DNA from: a bacterium
GTDB taxonomy: Bacteria; UBA8248; JACPRG01; G963555815
DNA length: 64,000 nt
Assembly: GCA_965261595.1 (NCBI GenBank)
Contig: CBDHDG010000006.1
Location: 800,001 to 864,000 of the forward strand
Direction of reading: 5' to 3'
Position 1 is the first letter of the stretch. Every line of letters begins with the position of its first letter. Both the position numbers and the translations under genes were made by a program. Of the stretch, positions 10,587 to 21,484 are shown piece after piece. The notes under the pieces are model-generated. The model did no database searches. It was given only the letters and a program-made list of their open reading frames with translations, and was not told where the DNA came from.

Positions 10587-12281
10587 CCTGGATATCTCAC
10601 AAAGAAAGAGAGCCAAGCCGGTTTTTTTCGGGTAAACTCTTTTTGATCAACGGGTTGCCCGAAGAAAGGAGACCGACTTGACTCGCACACAGTGTATCGC
10701 AGAACAGATGGAATTCCAAGGGTTGGGTTCTCGGCGTGTGATCGCCACTTCCAACGGCGGGGCGATCACCTCTGATGCGGGCGGTCTTTTGCTACGCGAC
10801 ACCGAGGGGCGGGTGAAGCTGATCGCAGGCTTCGCGGCCTGTTTTGAGGACGGTCGGGACGCGAGGCGGGTGGAAGATGAGTTGTGGGCGTTGTTGCGGC
10901 AGCGGGTGTACGCGCTGGCGCTTGGCTATGAGGACGTCAATGACCACGAGCGGCTTCGCTTTGACCCGATGCTCCAGATCCTCTCGGGCAAGCTGGAGGC
11001 CACGCGGCGCAAGGGGGGTCCGGCCCTTGCGGGCAAGAGCACGCTGAACCGTTTGGAGCGTCTTGCGGGCGATGGCGATGAGCGCTACCACAAGATCGCC
11101 TACCGAGGCGAGGCGATCGACCGGCTGTTGGTGGAGGGCTTCCTTCGGTCGCAGAGGCGGGCGCCGGGTCGGATCGTTTTGGACATCGACGCCACCGACG
11201 ACCCGGTGCACGGCTGTCAGGAGGGGCGTTTCTTCCACGGCTATCACGGTCATTACTGCTACCTTCCGCTTTACATCTTCTGCGGGGATTTCCTTTTGTG
11301 CGCTCGGCTTCGGCCCTCCAATATCGACGCCTCCTCGGGGGTGGTGGAGGAGTTGGAGCGGATCGTTGCCCAGATTCGGGCACGCTGGCCGCAGGTGTCG
11401 ATCCTGCTTCGGGCGGATTCGGACTTCTCGCGCGAGTGGATCATGGCCTGGTGCGAGGCGCAGGGGGTGGATTACGTGTTCGGCCTGGCCAAGACCTCCC
11501 GGCTGCAGGAAGCGGTGAAGGACGAGCTGGCCGAAGCGAAGGCGCGTCATCAGAGCACGGGGAAGGGGGCGCGGTTATTCCGGTCGTTTCCTCACCGGAC
11601 GCTTACATCCTGGAGCCGGGTGCGGCGGGTGGTTGCCAAGGCCGAGCACCTGGCCAAGGGCGCCAATCCGCGCTTCATCGTGACTTCGCTGGACGAGGAG
11701 GCGATCGACGCGAAGCCTCTGTACGAGCGCATCTACTGCGCCCGGGGGACGATGGAGAACCGGCTCAAGGAGCAGCAGCTCGACCTGTACGCGGACCGGA
11801 CGTCGTGCACGCGGATGCGCTCCAATCAGTTGCGGCTCTACCTGTCGGCGGTGGCCTATGAACTGATGCATGCGTTGCGTCGGCTAGGCCTTCGGGGGAC
11901 GGCGTTTGCAAAGGCAACGTGTGGAACGGTGCGGACGCGGCTGCTGAAGATCGGGGCGCAGGTTCGGGTGAGCGTGCGGCGAGTGCACGTGGCCCTTGCG
12001 ACGGGTTATCCGTACATGAATGTGTTCTTCCACGCCTGGCGGAACCTGCGCGCGGGGCCGGAGGGAGAGCCCGCCGTCTAAGACAGATTGCAAAATGAAC
12101 GCGCAGGGAGTCGAGGCAAACGTGCGTGCGGAGCCGAGCCAAATCGGCCAAAAAGCCCCTCTCACGGGTCAACTCCAACCACCCACCGGCCCTGGTTCCA
12201 CCGTAAAAGCGACAGACAGGAAAAAACACTCCAATTCACACCCGATAATCCATCCGCCGAGTGGGGGGTGAGAAATGCGGG
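10587..12281 (+). mobile_element. IS1380-family insertion sequence
   Basis: TIRs CCTGGATATCTCAC / CCCGCATTTCTCAC (rc), CTAG duplicated at 10583-10586 and 12282-12285. Confidence 0.9.
10678..12081 (+). CDS. IS1380-family transposase
   Basis: GGAITSDAGGLLL, VLDIDATDDPVHG, LLRADS, YCARGTMENRLKE motifs. Confidence 0.95.
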   Translation: MTRTQCIAEQMEFQGLGSRRVIATSNGGAITSDAGGLLLRDTEGRVKLIAGFAACFEDGRDARRVEDELWALLRQRVYALALGYEDVNDHERLRFDPMLQILSGKLEATRRKGGPALAGKSTLNRLERLAGDGDERYHKIAYRGEAIDRLLVEGFLRSQRRAPGRIVLDIDATDDPVHGCQEGRFFHGYHGHYCYLPLYIFCGDFLLCARLRPSNIDASSGVVEELERIVAQIRARWPQVSILLRADSDFSREWIMAWCEAQGVDYVFGLAKTSRLQEAVKDELAEAKARHQSTGKGARLFRSFPHRTLTSWSRVRRVVAKAEHLAKGANPRFIVTSLDEEAIDAKPLYERIYCARGTMENRLKEQQLDLYADRTSCTRMRSNQLRLYLSAVAYELMHALRRLGLRGTAFAKATCGTVRTRLLKIGAQVRVSVRRVHVALATGYPYMNVFFHAWRNLRAGPEGEPAV

Positions 12282-12349
12282 CTAGGCGCCGTCTTTGCCC
12301 GGCTGGACCGCCCCTGGGTTATTGGACACTCGGGTGAGGGTATTCGACC

Positions 12350-13258
12350 TCATGCGGCCTCCGCAACTTGAGCGAGTTTTTCCTGCCTTGCCTGGGCCGG
12401 CGTTCGGTAGCCGTAGCCCTCGAGAATCCAATGATGGTTATACAGGTTCTTGAACTCAAGCAGCGCCCACCGCAGTTCCTCTACGGTGGCGAAAGAGCGC
12501 ACCCACAGGAGATTCTCCTTCAAGATGCGGATGAACCACTCACAGTAGCCATTTCCCTCGGGCGCCCGCACGAAGCTGGGCGAACTGGTCATGCCCAGGT
12601 AGGCGATCTCCCGCTGAAAGTCATCGGACAGATAGGCGGGGCCGTGGTCGTGACGAACTTTAAGCCCCTCGGCGACGTCCGCCTCCAAGCCGGCGAAGCG
12701 CTCGGCGACCCCCTGCCGGATCGGCTCCAGGGCCTCGAAGCGGTTGCCGCTCTTGGCCGCATGGATCCCCACGCAGTCCACCGAGCAGTGATCCACCGCC
12801 ACGAACACCGAGGCCATCCCCTCCTCGGTGGTCACCGTCGTCGTCATGTCCGTGCCCCACATTCGGTCGGGCCGCTCGGTGCGGATGGTCCCGTTGTGGG
12901 CCTTGGGACCTCGGGGTTTGCCCACCCGGTGGGGGGCCTGAAGCCCCGCCTCCCGCATCAGGCGACGCACCCGCTCCTTGCTGGTGCGGATGCCCGCGAA
13001 GCGCAGCCTCGCCCACACCTTGCGGTAGCCCTCGCCATGGAAGGGAGAGTCCTCCAGGACCTGCCGGATGTGGCCGAGGAGTTCCGCATCGGTGCACGGG
13101 CCCACAGGGCCGCGCTTATTGGGCGTGGGGCGTTCATGAACGGGGACCGCCTCTCGCCGCCGTTGCGCGTAGACCGTGGAGCGCGCCAAGCCCCAAAGGG
13201 CGCACACCCGCTTCAGGCCGTAGGCTCTGCCCGTGGAGGTGAAGCGGGCCTGACTCAT
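12350..13258 (-). CDS. IS3-family transposase OrfB (integrase core)
   Basis: EGYRKVWARL, WGTDMT, RHDHG, NGYCEWFIRILKE. Confidence 0.93.
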   Translation of the reverse strand: MSQARFTSTGRAYGLKRVCALWGLARSTVYAQRRREAVPVHERPTPNKRGPVGPCTDAELLGHIRQVLEDSPFHGEGYRKVWARLRFAGIRTSKERVRRLMREAGLQAPHRVGKPRGPKAHNGTIRTERPDRMWGTDMTTTVTTEEGMASVFVAVDHCSVDCVGIHAAKSGNRFEALEPIRQGVAERFAGLEADVAEGLKVRHDHGPAYLSDDFQREIAYLGMTSSPSFVRAPEGNGYCEWFIRILKENLLWVRSFATVEELRWALLEFKNLYNHHWILEGYGYRTPAQARQEKLAQVAEAA

Positions 13259-13641
13259 CGCCTCCACCTCCTGCCGGCTAAAGGGCGGCCGGCCTCCAGG
13301 CGGTCGATCTTCTCCCGCAGGACCTCGCCCTCCATCGTGAGTTCGCCCACCTTGGCCTTGAGCCGGGCGTTCTCCTCGTCCCGCTCATCCGCCGGGCGGG
13401 CTTTGAGCGCCGCCTCGCCCCCGCGAAGGAACGCCTCGCGCCAGGCGGAAAGCCGAGCCGCTGTCGTGCCCAACTCGCGGCAGAGCGTCTCCAGGCTCTC
13501 GCCCCGCAAAAGACGCAGGACCGCCTCCCGCTTGCGCTGGCAGGAGAACCGACCCCGCTCACTGCGATGCCCTGGGGCCTTGGCTCCGTTCGCCCTGCGG
13601 GCGCCCTCCGCCAAAGCCCCCTCTTGCTTTTGTTCGTTCAT
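13255..13641 (-). CDS. IS3-family transposase OrfA (HTH)
   Basis: RKREAVLRLLRGESLETLCRELG HTH plus ENARLKAKVGEL coiled coil. Confidence 0.88.
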   Translation of the reverse strand: MNEQKQEGALAEGARRANGAKAPGHRSERGRFSCQRKREAVLRLLRGESLETLCRELGTTAARLSAWREAFLRGGEAALKARPADERDEENARLKAKVGELTMEGEVLREKIDRLEAGRPLAGRRWRR

Positions 13642-13820
13642 CGCGACACCCCTTTCTCCATGAATCATGGATCAATCGAGTGTCCAACAAAACCCTAGAG
13701 CGGGGGACGGCTTCGGCAACATGCTCTTGTGCTTTTGCCCCAAAAACCGGAAACTGGCGTAATCCTGCGTTCAGGCGTTGTTGGCGATTTTGTGCCGGAA
13801 GGCACATGGAGGATCTTTGC

Positions 13821-16367
13821 ATGCCCACGGCCAGCAGATGCCGCGCTCATTCGATTCTTCAGGCGGTCGTCCTGGCGATGATCTCGGTGGTGACGACGAA
13901 TGTCGCGGCGCAAGACGGGGCCGCTGACGGGAATCCGTCGGCGGCCAGCCATATTACCCGTCCCGCGGCGGACATGACGCGCCCCGTCGCCGTGATCGAC
14001 CGGCGCGATATCGAACTCTCCGGCATGACGAACCTGGGGGACCTGCTACTGAGGCGCTCGGTGTACAACAGTTTCGGCATCTATCGACCGTTCGTCCTCG
14101 GAAGCGGCCGGTCGCGATTCTCGTCAACGGGCGCCGCATATCCGATTCAACCTTCGATTTCGACGCCCTCCCCATATCGGCCGTCGAACGGGTCGAGATA
14201 CTGAGCGATACCGCCGCCGCCCTGCACGGTGGACACGCAATCGGCGGCGCGGTCAACATCGTGCCCAGGCGTGGTTACGAAGGCATTGAAGTCCAGGCGG
14301 GCGCGTCCCGGCCGACTCAGCAGGCGTGTGGCGATTCCGAGCACGGGAGTGCCCTGTTGGGAGGTGCGCTTGGGCGCGGTCGTCTGGTCATCGGCGTCGA
14401 CACCTTCCGACGACAGGAGATACGCGACGCCGACCGGGACTACGGTCGCGCTTCGTGGATGCCGGGCGGCTCGTTCGCCGACGCGTCCGGCGTTTCGGTG
14501 GGCGGCAACACCGTCTTCATCAGCACCACTGACGGCTCGATCGCCCGTCCTCTCGGCGACTGTGAGGGAAGCGCCTACGCCAGTGGACTCACCAACCCCT
14601 TCGATATTCCCGGAACGGGCTGCGGTTTTGCCTACTCCGCCATCAAGTGGCATTGGGAGCGTCTCAGGCGAGACAGCGTGTTCCTCAACGCCGATTACCC
14701 TCTTGTCCGGGGCGTGAACATGTATCTTGACGCCCGGACCGCGCGGGGTGAAACCGACTTCCGGTATGCTCCATCGGTCGATTCCTTCTCCTTTGCGCCC
14801 TCGGAGGACTTCAAGGATGAACTGCTTGAAAAATATCCTGAGATTAAACGTGACGATCTCAAGAAAGTTAGAGTGTTCCATAGATTCGTCGCCCACGACA
14901 ATCGCGACTGGCAGACGGATATGGAGGAGCATGATCTCTCGGTCGGCGTCCGGGGCCGGTTGTACGGCGTCGGCTATGACGCACATCTTCGCTACTATCT
15001 GTACGACGCGGTTGAAACCGGCGACACGTTCGTGAGCAGGAGCGCGATTGTGAAAGCCATTGGCGATGGACGTTATGACATCGAAAACCCGTTTTCGACG
15101 GACCCCGACCATCTGGCGGCCGTTCGGGAGACCGGCCTTCAACTCAAGCACGATCAGGTCACGGAGCACAGGACGACGCGGGTCTCGTTCAACGGCGCGG
15201 CGTTCCCACTCTCCGGAGGCCATGTCCTATTGGGCCGCGGGAACCGAAGTCGTGTCCGAGGACTGGCGAGACGTCCGCCGTTACCGGGACATCAATGACC
15301 GCTCCTACGACCCGACCGACGTGCTCGGCTCCGGCGGAACCTCGACATCCGGAGAACGGCGGCGTTGGTCGACGTTCGCGGAAGTCTCCATCCCGTTGCT
15401 CAAGGGTTGGGACCTCACCCTCGCCGGGCGGCGTGACGACCACGACGACGTCGGCGAGACATTCTCCGGACAGGTCGCGAGGCCGGTACCGGCTGAACCA
15501 AAACATCACGCTCCGCGCGTCCTGGGGCACGGGCGCCAGGGTGCCTGGCCTCGGTGTTCTCCACGTACGCGACGCGATCGACTATCCATTCATTTGCGAC
15601 CGGAGGATGCTCGTCGGCGATATCGGTGATTGCGACAGGCAACAGGTGGAGCGCGTGAGCGACGGGAACCCGAACCTGAAGCCGGACGACGCGGAGAGCC
15701 TCAACATCGGCGCCATGGCGTCCCTGGGGCCTTTTTCCCTGAGCTTGGACTGGTTCCGTATCAATCTTTCCGATGTGCCGACGAGATTCCCTGCGCAGTC
15801 CACCATCGACCTGGAAGCGAAAGGGCGGCGGCTGCCCTCCGATGTGAGGGTCATACGCGAAGGAGATGTCATCAGGGGGATCGAGAGCAAGTGGTTCAAC
15901 CTCGGGAAACTGACGTCGAGGGTCTCGACCTGCGGGGGCGCATCGATTGGAAAACCGATTTGGCGGATATGGCCTTCGACCTCCGATGGTCACACGTGAT
16001 CGAGCATGAAAGCCGGGCGGCCGGCGAGAAGGTGCCGGGCGACTACCCGCGAGACCGCGTCCACGCATCGCTTCGCACGACGCGAGGCGGCATCATCGCG
16101 AACTGGAACGTCCATGCGGTTTCGGACTATTGGAATACGGATAGAACCGCTCGCTACGAAAAGTGGATAGGGCATGATATTACGCTGAGCTGGCACGAGG
16201 CGTTCGGCTTGCTCGGGCTGAAGGTTGTGGGTGGCGTCCTCAATATCGGCGATCGCGGTCCGTCCACGGATTCCACGAACCCCGGCATTGATGGCGCGGA
16301 CGTGACTCTTGATTCCGCCCTGGGGCGTACGCTGTTCCTAAAAGCCAAAGTCTCCTTCCGCTTCTAA
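13821..16367 (+). pseudogene. TonB-dependent receptor, about 4 frameshifts (near 14110, 15230, 15480, 15910)
   Basis: PVAVIDRRDIELSG plug start, AIGGAVNIV (read across frames), FAEVSIP, GNPNLKPDDAES, LNIGDRGP...GRTLFLKAKVSFRF C-terminus. Confidence 0.85.
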
Positions 16368-16446
16368 AGCGGGCCCAAGGCCCGTACTTGGCTGTTGAGC
16401 CGGGCGCGCGGCGTGGGCCGCGCTCGACCGGCAGGGGCCTACCCCA

Positions 16447-16530
16447 TGGATTCCTGCCCTACGTAGGAATGACAGACTAAATCCACGTCGATCCCCCCGG
16501 TCCGTCATTCCCGCGAAAGCGGGAATCCAG
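16447..16530. repeat. Inverted pair of REP/RS3-like palindromic elements
   Basis: GGATTCCTGCCCTACGTAGGAATGAC and GTCATTCCCGCGAAAGCGGGAATCCA; a partial copy GTCATTCCCGCGCAGGCG lies near 3776. Confidence 0.65.
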
Positions 16531-16749
16531 TATCGCCGGAATAACCCCGCCGGGGGCCTTCCCTGCATCTCTTGGGCGGGGGCATGAGTGACAGACACGC
16601 GGCTACTGCGCCTTGATCTGGAGTGTCAGGATGAACTCGAGCAGGGCCGCTTTTTCGCCGTCCCGCCGTCCCAGGGTCCAATGATTCCACGCGGGCTTGT
16701 GCCGGTTTCGTCGCTTCGCCGGGCAGTTCCGGGGCCGTCTTAGAGACGT

Positions 16750-17400
16750 CCCGGAGGGTCGGCCAGGTAGTTGATGTGTATTCCGTTGACTGACGGAGGG
16801 GCACGAGATGAGGAGAAGGGGCGGATTTTGTGGGAAGTTGAAGGCGAAGGTGGCGCCGGAGGCGCTTTGGGGCGACGAGACGATTCAGGAGATCGCCTCG
16901 AGTCATGAGGTTCATCCGAACCGGCGTCTTCGCGTGGAAGCGCCAAGCGAGCGATGGTCTTGGTGAGGTGTTCTCGAACGGGGTCGAGCGGCGGGAGATG
17001 GGGGTGCGCGATCACACGGCGTTGAGCGTGAGCCGTCAATGCCGTTGGGTCTCGATGAGCCGGTCCTCGTTGTACTACAGGCCGCGCGGACAACCCGGCG
17101 CTGATGCGGCGCATCGATGAGCCGTTCCTGAAGCATCCGTTCTACGGCAGCCGCCGGATGGTCCGTCATCTGTGCCGCATCCCGCGCACCGGGTTTACCC
17201 GCATCTGCTCAAGGGCTTGGCGATCGAGCGGCCCGATCAGGTCAGGTGCGGCGCGGCTTCCCGTATCCGGTGGCGGTCATGGACTGGGCGAGCCAACATG
17301 TCTTGGCCTGGCGGCTCTCGAACACCCTGGACGCGGGCTTCCGTGTCGAGGTGCCGGTTCGCCGGCGTCGCCTTTCAGAGGTGAGTGCGCGCCAGGGAGT
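16750..17400 (+). mobile_element. Degraded IS3-family remnant (different subfamily)
   Basis: Fragments in shifting frames: KAKVAPEALWGDETIQEIAS, LSVSRQC...SRSSLYY, PFYGSRRM, IERPDQV, VAVMDWASQHVLAWRLSNTLD. Confidence 0.8.
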
Positions 17401-17723
17401 GGGCACAATTCGCGAGACCGGGCAGAGACCTCCAAGGAGGCGACCCGTGGCGACAGATCAGCCAGGCGCCGTATGTACGAGACGATCCGGCTGCGCCTGA
17501 GGGGCCATTCCCCACTGCGAATCCCAGGTGGAACTCCGGGGTGGAAATCGCAGGGTCGTTGGCTTCCTCATCAGACTGGCAGCAGCCCACGGTAGGGTGG
17601 CCGTCGCGGGCGTAAACCGGATCTATAGCCGCGGGAAGGATCGCGCCAAAGACGAAATGGATGACGGGTTGACCAACGGCGCATACTCCAGATTTCGTGA
17701 CCGTTCAAGAAAGGAGTCCGACC

Positions 17724-18194
17724 GTGAAGAAGAGAGTTTACCTGGCAAACCCCTACGGGTTTTCACAACAACAGCAGCACGGGCTGCTTCCCGCCTTTGT
17801 AGAGGCGATTGGTTCGCTGGGAGCGGAGGTGTGGGAGCCCTTTCAGCGAAACAATCAGATCGACTTCACCGCGTCCGGATGGGCATACAAAGTGGGGCAA
17901 GCCGACCTGAAGGACGTTTTCGAGTCGGACGGTATTTTTGCCATCGTGAACGGGACCCCGCCCGACGAAGGAGTCATGGTAGAGCTCGGCGTCGCGATCG
18001 GCCTCGGGAAAAAGATCTTTCTCTTCCGCGACGATTTCAGAAGATGTACAGAATCGGAAGTTTATCCCCTGAACCTCATGCTCTTCACCGGTCTCCCTGA
18101 ATGGGGGTGGGAAGACCACTACTATACGTCCGTGAGCGAGATCCCTTCTCCGAAGAAGGCGCTGGCCCGGTGGGTGCGTGGTGAACTCGACTGA
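17724..18194 (+). CDS. Nucleoside 2-deoxyribosyltransferase-family protein
   Basis: VYLANPYGFS, DLKDVFESDGIFAIVNGTPPDEGVMVELGVA, YPLNLML; AAGGAG RBS before GTG. Confidence 0.88.
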   Translation: MKKRVYLANPYGFSQQQQHGLLPAFVEAIGSLGAEVWEPFQRNNQIDFTASGWAYKVGQADLKDVFESDGIFAIVNGTPPDEGVMVELGVAIGLGKKIFLFRDDFRRCTESEVYPLNLMLFTGLPEWGWEDHYYTSVSEIPSPKKALARWVRGELD

Positions 18195-18348
18195 CCTGAT
18201 ACGCGACGCTATGATAGATGTTGAATGTTTACCTTGCCTGGACTCGGGCGGATCAGCGGTCGCCGCCGGTTCAGATATGGCGCATAGCCAACTTCGAGCA
18301 TACCTCTCGCATTTGTCCGATCATCGAAATCAGACGGAAGGTGTTGTA

Positions 18349-18732
18349 ATGCAGCTGTCATCGGCGATGTTTCGCGCCATCCGGGGCATACTGGGCATTC
18401 TGGGGGTCTGCATTGTGCTCGGCGCGTCGGGCAAGAGCGCTGCCGGAGAGCCGCGGCGGTCGGGGTGGTACATGGGCGCGGGCGCCGGGGCGAATTGGTC
18501 TTCCAGCATGTAGCAGATGGGCCACAACCGGGAAACGACCTGTTATCCGAACGACGATTGCAGTCATCTCCCCGGTGGAATTCCCGACGGCTATCGCTGG
18601 CGCTACGACCTGGAAGCGGATACCGGTGTTGCGTTCGAAGCTGCAATCGGCTTTATGTTCGACGGCGTGCGCCTGGAATTGTCAGCCAGCCAGCGAAACA
18701 ATGATCTTGAGCAGAAATTCTCTGGGGGTTAA
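18349..18732 (+). pseudogene. Third outer-membrane beta-barrel paralog: in-frame TAG at 18511 and truncated at about 18725
   Basis: Signal peptide, GWYMGAGAG first strand, TTCYPNDDC Cys pair, VRLELS strand; ends where AT-rich DNA begins. Confidence 0.7.
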
Positions 18733-18760
18733 AAAGGGGTCAGATCTATTTTTAACGTAT

Positions 18761-18840
18761 TTATATACTTGACACAGACGACCACAACATGTAGGTCGCG
18801 CCCGCGTCTCGGCTGACCACAAGATGTAGGGGCATGCTTC
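18761..18840 (+). repeat. 80-bp inverted repeat, left copy
   Basis: 75/80 identical to the reverse complement of 19579-19658. Confidence 0.95.
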
Positions 18841-18885
18841 CATCGATCCGTTTCCAGAAGATGCGCTCTATCAGATCGTTCGGTT

Positions 18886-19585
18886 TCATTGATCGATAAA
18901 ATCCACGCGCTGAATATCGCCCTTTTCATTGAAGTGTAAAAACAACTTTTTGTTTATATGCAATGTGTTGTTGGTTTTTCCTTTTCTTCCGTACTTAAAC
19001 TCAAATTCAAGACCGCCCTCAAAAACGCCGCTTCTCTTCTGCTCTATAGGATATGTAGTGATCGTCAAACCACCCCATCCCTCCTGCAGGGATGGTATAG
19101 CTATTCTTGGCATATGGCTCTTTTGTCGGGTACAACTTATCAAATGTTGAGACGACATTTACAACCTCAAATGTCACCGGGAAAAGAGCTTTGTTGTTAA
19201 ACGTAGCACCAATCCGCAGTGATTTTACTACACCAGCTTTGTCGATTATTCTGTCAGTTCTCACACTATGAAAGTTAAGCATATCCGCAACTCTATTACG
19301 ATACCGCCATTCGCTGAATCGCAACAATCCCATAGAGGAAACTGAAAACAGAATGACCGCTCCAACATATAGGTTGAACAACTGGATATGTTGCGCAAAA
19401 CCGATCGTGACGCCAGCCGCCGTGACCGCAATGGGCCATATCCAGCTCCGCAGTAATTCACCCGCCAAAAAGAGGGCGACTTTGCGAAGCCAATTGAGCA
19501 TGATTCAGTCATTGTATGATCCCTCTTCGGTTGAGTCAAGCGCATAATTGCGAATCCAACTCCACCATGACTTGAGTTGAAGCAT
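18886..19585 (-). pseudogene. AT-rich hypothetical membrane-anchored protein (in-frame TGA near 19506, frameshift near 19055)
   Basis: ATG at 19585 inside the right repeat is in frame with ORF 19019-19501 (two hydrophobic helices); plausible C-terminus in the 18886 frame. Confidence 0.55.
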
Positions 19586-19658
19586 GCCCCTACATCTTGT
19601 GGTCAGCCGAGACGCGGGGACGATCTACATGTTGTGGTCGTCTGCGTCAAGTACATAA
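19579..19658 (-). repeat. 80-bp inverted repeat, right copy
   Basis: Partner of 18761-18840; contains TTGAC, two ACCACAA(C/G)ATGTAG boxes and an ATG near its inner end. Confidence 0.95.
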
Positions 19659-19948
19659 TTCCGATTTTTAAAGGGACTTATATATTTGGGTTAATGTGAC
19701 GATACTGCCACAAATAAGGGGAATTATATACGAACGTCCCGAACCTCAGCGCCTCCGGTTCCGGGGCTTGTCAATTAGGCGGACGTTCACAGTATCAAGC
19801 AAGGCCCCGGTGACCTCTTCCATGCTGGGGGTCGATCCGTATCGCTTCCTCAGATTGGCGTCCATGCCCTCTTTGAGTTCCCGTCCCCCGCTCAGGGTTT
19901 TGTTGGACACTCGATTGATCCATGATTCATGGAGAAAGGGGTGTCGCG

Positions 19949-20335
19949 ATGAACGAACAAAAGCAAGAGGGGGCTTTGGCGGAGTGCGCCCGTAGGGCGA
20001 ACGGAGCCAAGGCCCCAGGGCATCGCAGTGAGCGGGGTCGGTTCTCCTGCCAGCGCAAGCGGGAGGCGGTCCTGCGTCTTTTGCGGGGCGAGAGCCTGGA
20101 GACGCTCTGCCGCGAGTTGGGCACGACAGCGGCTCGGCTTTCCGCCTGGCGCGAGGCGTTCCTTCGCGGGGGCGAGGCGGCGCTCAAAGCCCGCCCGGCG
20201 GATGAGCGGGCCGAGGAGAACGCCCGGCTCAAGGCCAAGGTGGGCGAACTCACGATGGAGGGCGAGGTCCTGCGGGAGAAGATCGACCGCCTGGAGGCCG
20301 GCCGCCCTTTAGCCGGCAGGAGGTGGAGGCGATGA
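19949..20335 (+). CDS. IS3-family transposase OrfA
   Basis: Near-identical to 13255-13641. Confidence 0.88.
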   Translation: MNEQKQEGALAECARRANGAKAPGHRSERGRFSCQRKREAVLRLLRGESLETLCRELGTTAARLSAWREAFLRGGEAALKARPADERAEENARLKAKVGELTMEGEVLREKIDRLEAGRPLAGRRWRR

Positions 20336-21240
20336 GTCAGGCCCGCTTCACCTCCACGGGCAGAGCCTACGGCCTGAAGCGGGTGTGCGCCCTTTGGGGC
20401 TTGGCGCGCTCCACGGTCTACGCGCAACGGCGGCGAGAGGCGGTCCCCGTTCATGAACGCCCCACGCCCAATAAGCGCGGCCCTGTGGGCCCGTGCACCG
20501 ATGCGGAACTCCTCGGCCACATCCGGCAGGTCCTGGAGGACTCTCCCTTCCATGGCGAGGGCTACCGCAAGGTGTGGGCGAGGCTGCGCTTCGCGGGCAT
20601 CCGCACCAGCAAGGAGCGGGTGCGTCGCCTGATGCGGGAGGCGGGGCTTCAGGCCCCCCACCGGGTGGGCAAACCCCGAGGTCCCAAGGCCCACAACGGG
20701 ACCATCCGCACCGAGCGGCCCGACCGAATGTGGGGCACGCACATGACGACGACGGTGACCACCGAGGAGGGGATGGCCTCGGTGTTCGTGGCGGTGGATC
20801 ACTGCTCGGTGGACTGCGTGGGGATCCATGCGGCCAAGAGCGGCAACCGCTTCGAGGCCCTGGAGCCGATCCGGCAGGGGGTCGCCGAGCGCTTCGCCGG
20901 CTTGGAGGCGGACGTCGCCGAGGGGCTTAAAGTTCGTCACGACCACGGCCCCGCCTATCTGTCCGATGACTTTCAGCGGGAGATCGCCTACCTGGGCATG
21001 ACCAGTTCGCCCACCTTCGTGCGGGCGCCCGAGGGAAATGGCTACTGTGAGTGGTTTATCCGCATCTTGAAGGAGAATCTCCTGTGGGTGCGCTCTTTCG
21101 CCACCGTAGAGGAACTGCGGTGGGCGCTGCTTGAGTTCAAGAACCTGTACAACCATCATTGGATTCTCAAGGGCTACGGCTACCGAACGCCGGCCCAGGC
21201 AAGGCAGGAAAAACTCGCTCAAGTTGCGGAGGCCGCATGA
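20332..21240 (+). CDS. IS3-family transposase OrfB (first catalytic Asp replaced by His)
   Basis: Near-identical to 12350-13258. Confidence 0.9.
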   Translation: MSQARFTSTGRAYGLKRVCALWGLARSTVYAQRRREAVPVHERPTPNKRGPVGPCTDAELLGHIRQVLEDSPFHGEGYRKVWARLRFAGIRTSKERVRRLMREAGLQAPHRVGKPRGPKAHNGTIRTERPDRMWGTHMTTTVTTEEGMASVFVAVDHCSVDCVGIHAAKSGNRFEALEPIRQGVAERFAGLEADVAEGLKVRHDHGPAYLSDDFQREIAYLGMTSSPTFVRAPEGNGYCEWFIRILKENLLWVRSFATVEELRWALLEFKNLYNHHWILKGYGYRTPAQARQEKLAQVAEAA

Positions 21241-21484
21241 GGTCGAATACCCTCACCCGAGTGTCCAATAACCCAGGGGCGGTCCACCGTGAGCTTAAAA
21301 AGCGACGCTCAGGCGCGAGAATATTATTTCTGCGGGGTTGTGGTGCCCGTCGGAAAACAAGGGCCTCATAGGCGAGGTTTGGTGAAATTCTCGTATATTC
21401 CTGCGTTCCGTGTGGTGATAATCGTGGGGACAATGGATAGATCATAATTATAGATTTATTAAATACAATATATTGCAGTGTGCT

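Larger units (their letters stand above)
12304..13707 (-). mobile_element. IS3-family insertion sequence, copy 1 (orfA and catalytic Asp intact)
   Basis: TIRs TGGACCGCCCCTGGGTTATTGGACAC / TCCCCCGCTCTAGGGTTTTGTTGGACAC; 4-bp TSD CGGC; orfA 13255-13641, orfB 12350-13258 with ATGA overlap. Confidence 0.93.
19884..21286 (+). mobile_element. IS3-family insertion sequence, copy 2
   Basis: Near-identical to copy 1; TSD CCG; orfA 19949-20335, orfB 20332-21240 with WGTHMT (Asp to His). Confidence 0.93.

Noticed and set aside
10583..12285. Shared CTAG target of IS630 and IS1380 as a special mechanism
   Set aside because: CTAG/TA targets are common for IS630, and the second IS1380 duplicated CCTAT instead.
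12368..13663. 431-443 aa ORFs antisense to each IS3 copy, and other long shadow ORFs (24021-25676, 28832-30505, 50955-53234, 59804-61399)
   Set aside because: They overlap well-supported genes, have Arg/Pro/Gly-rich non-protein-like composition and are expected in high-GC DNA.
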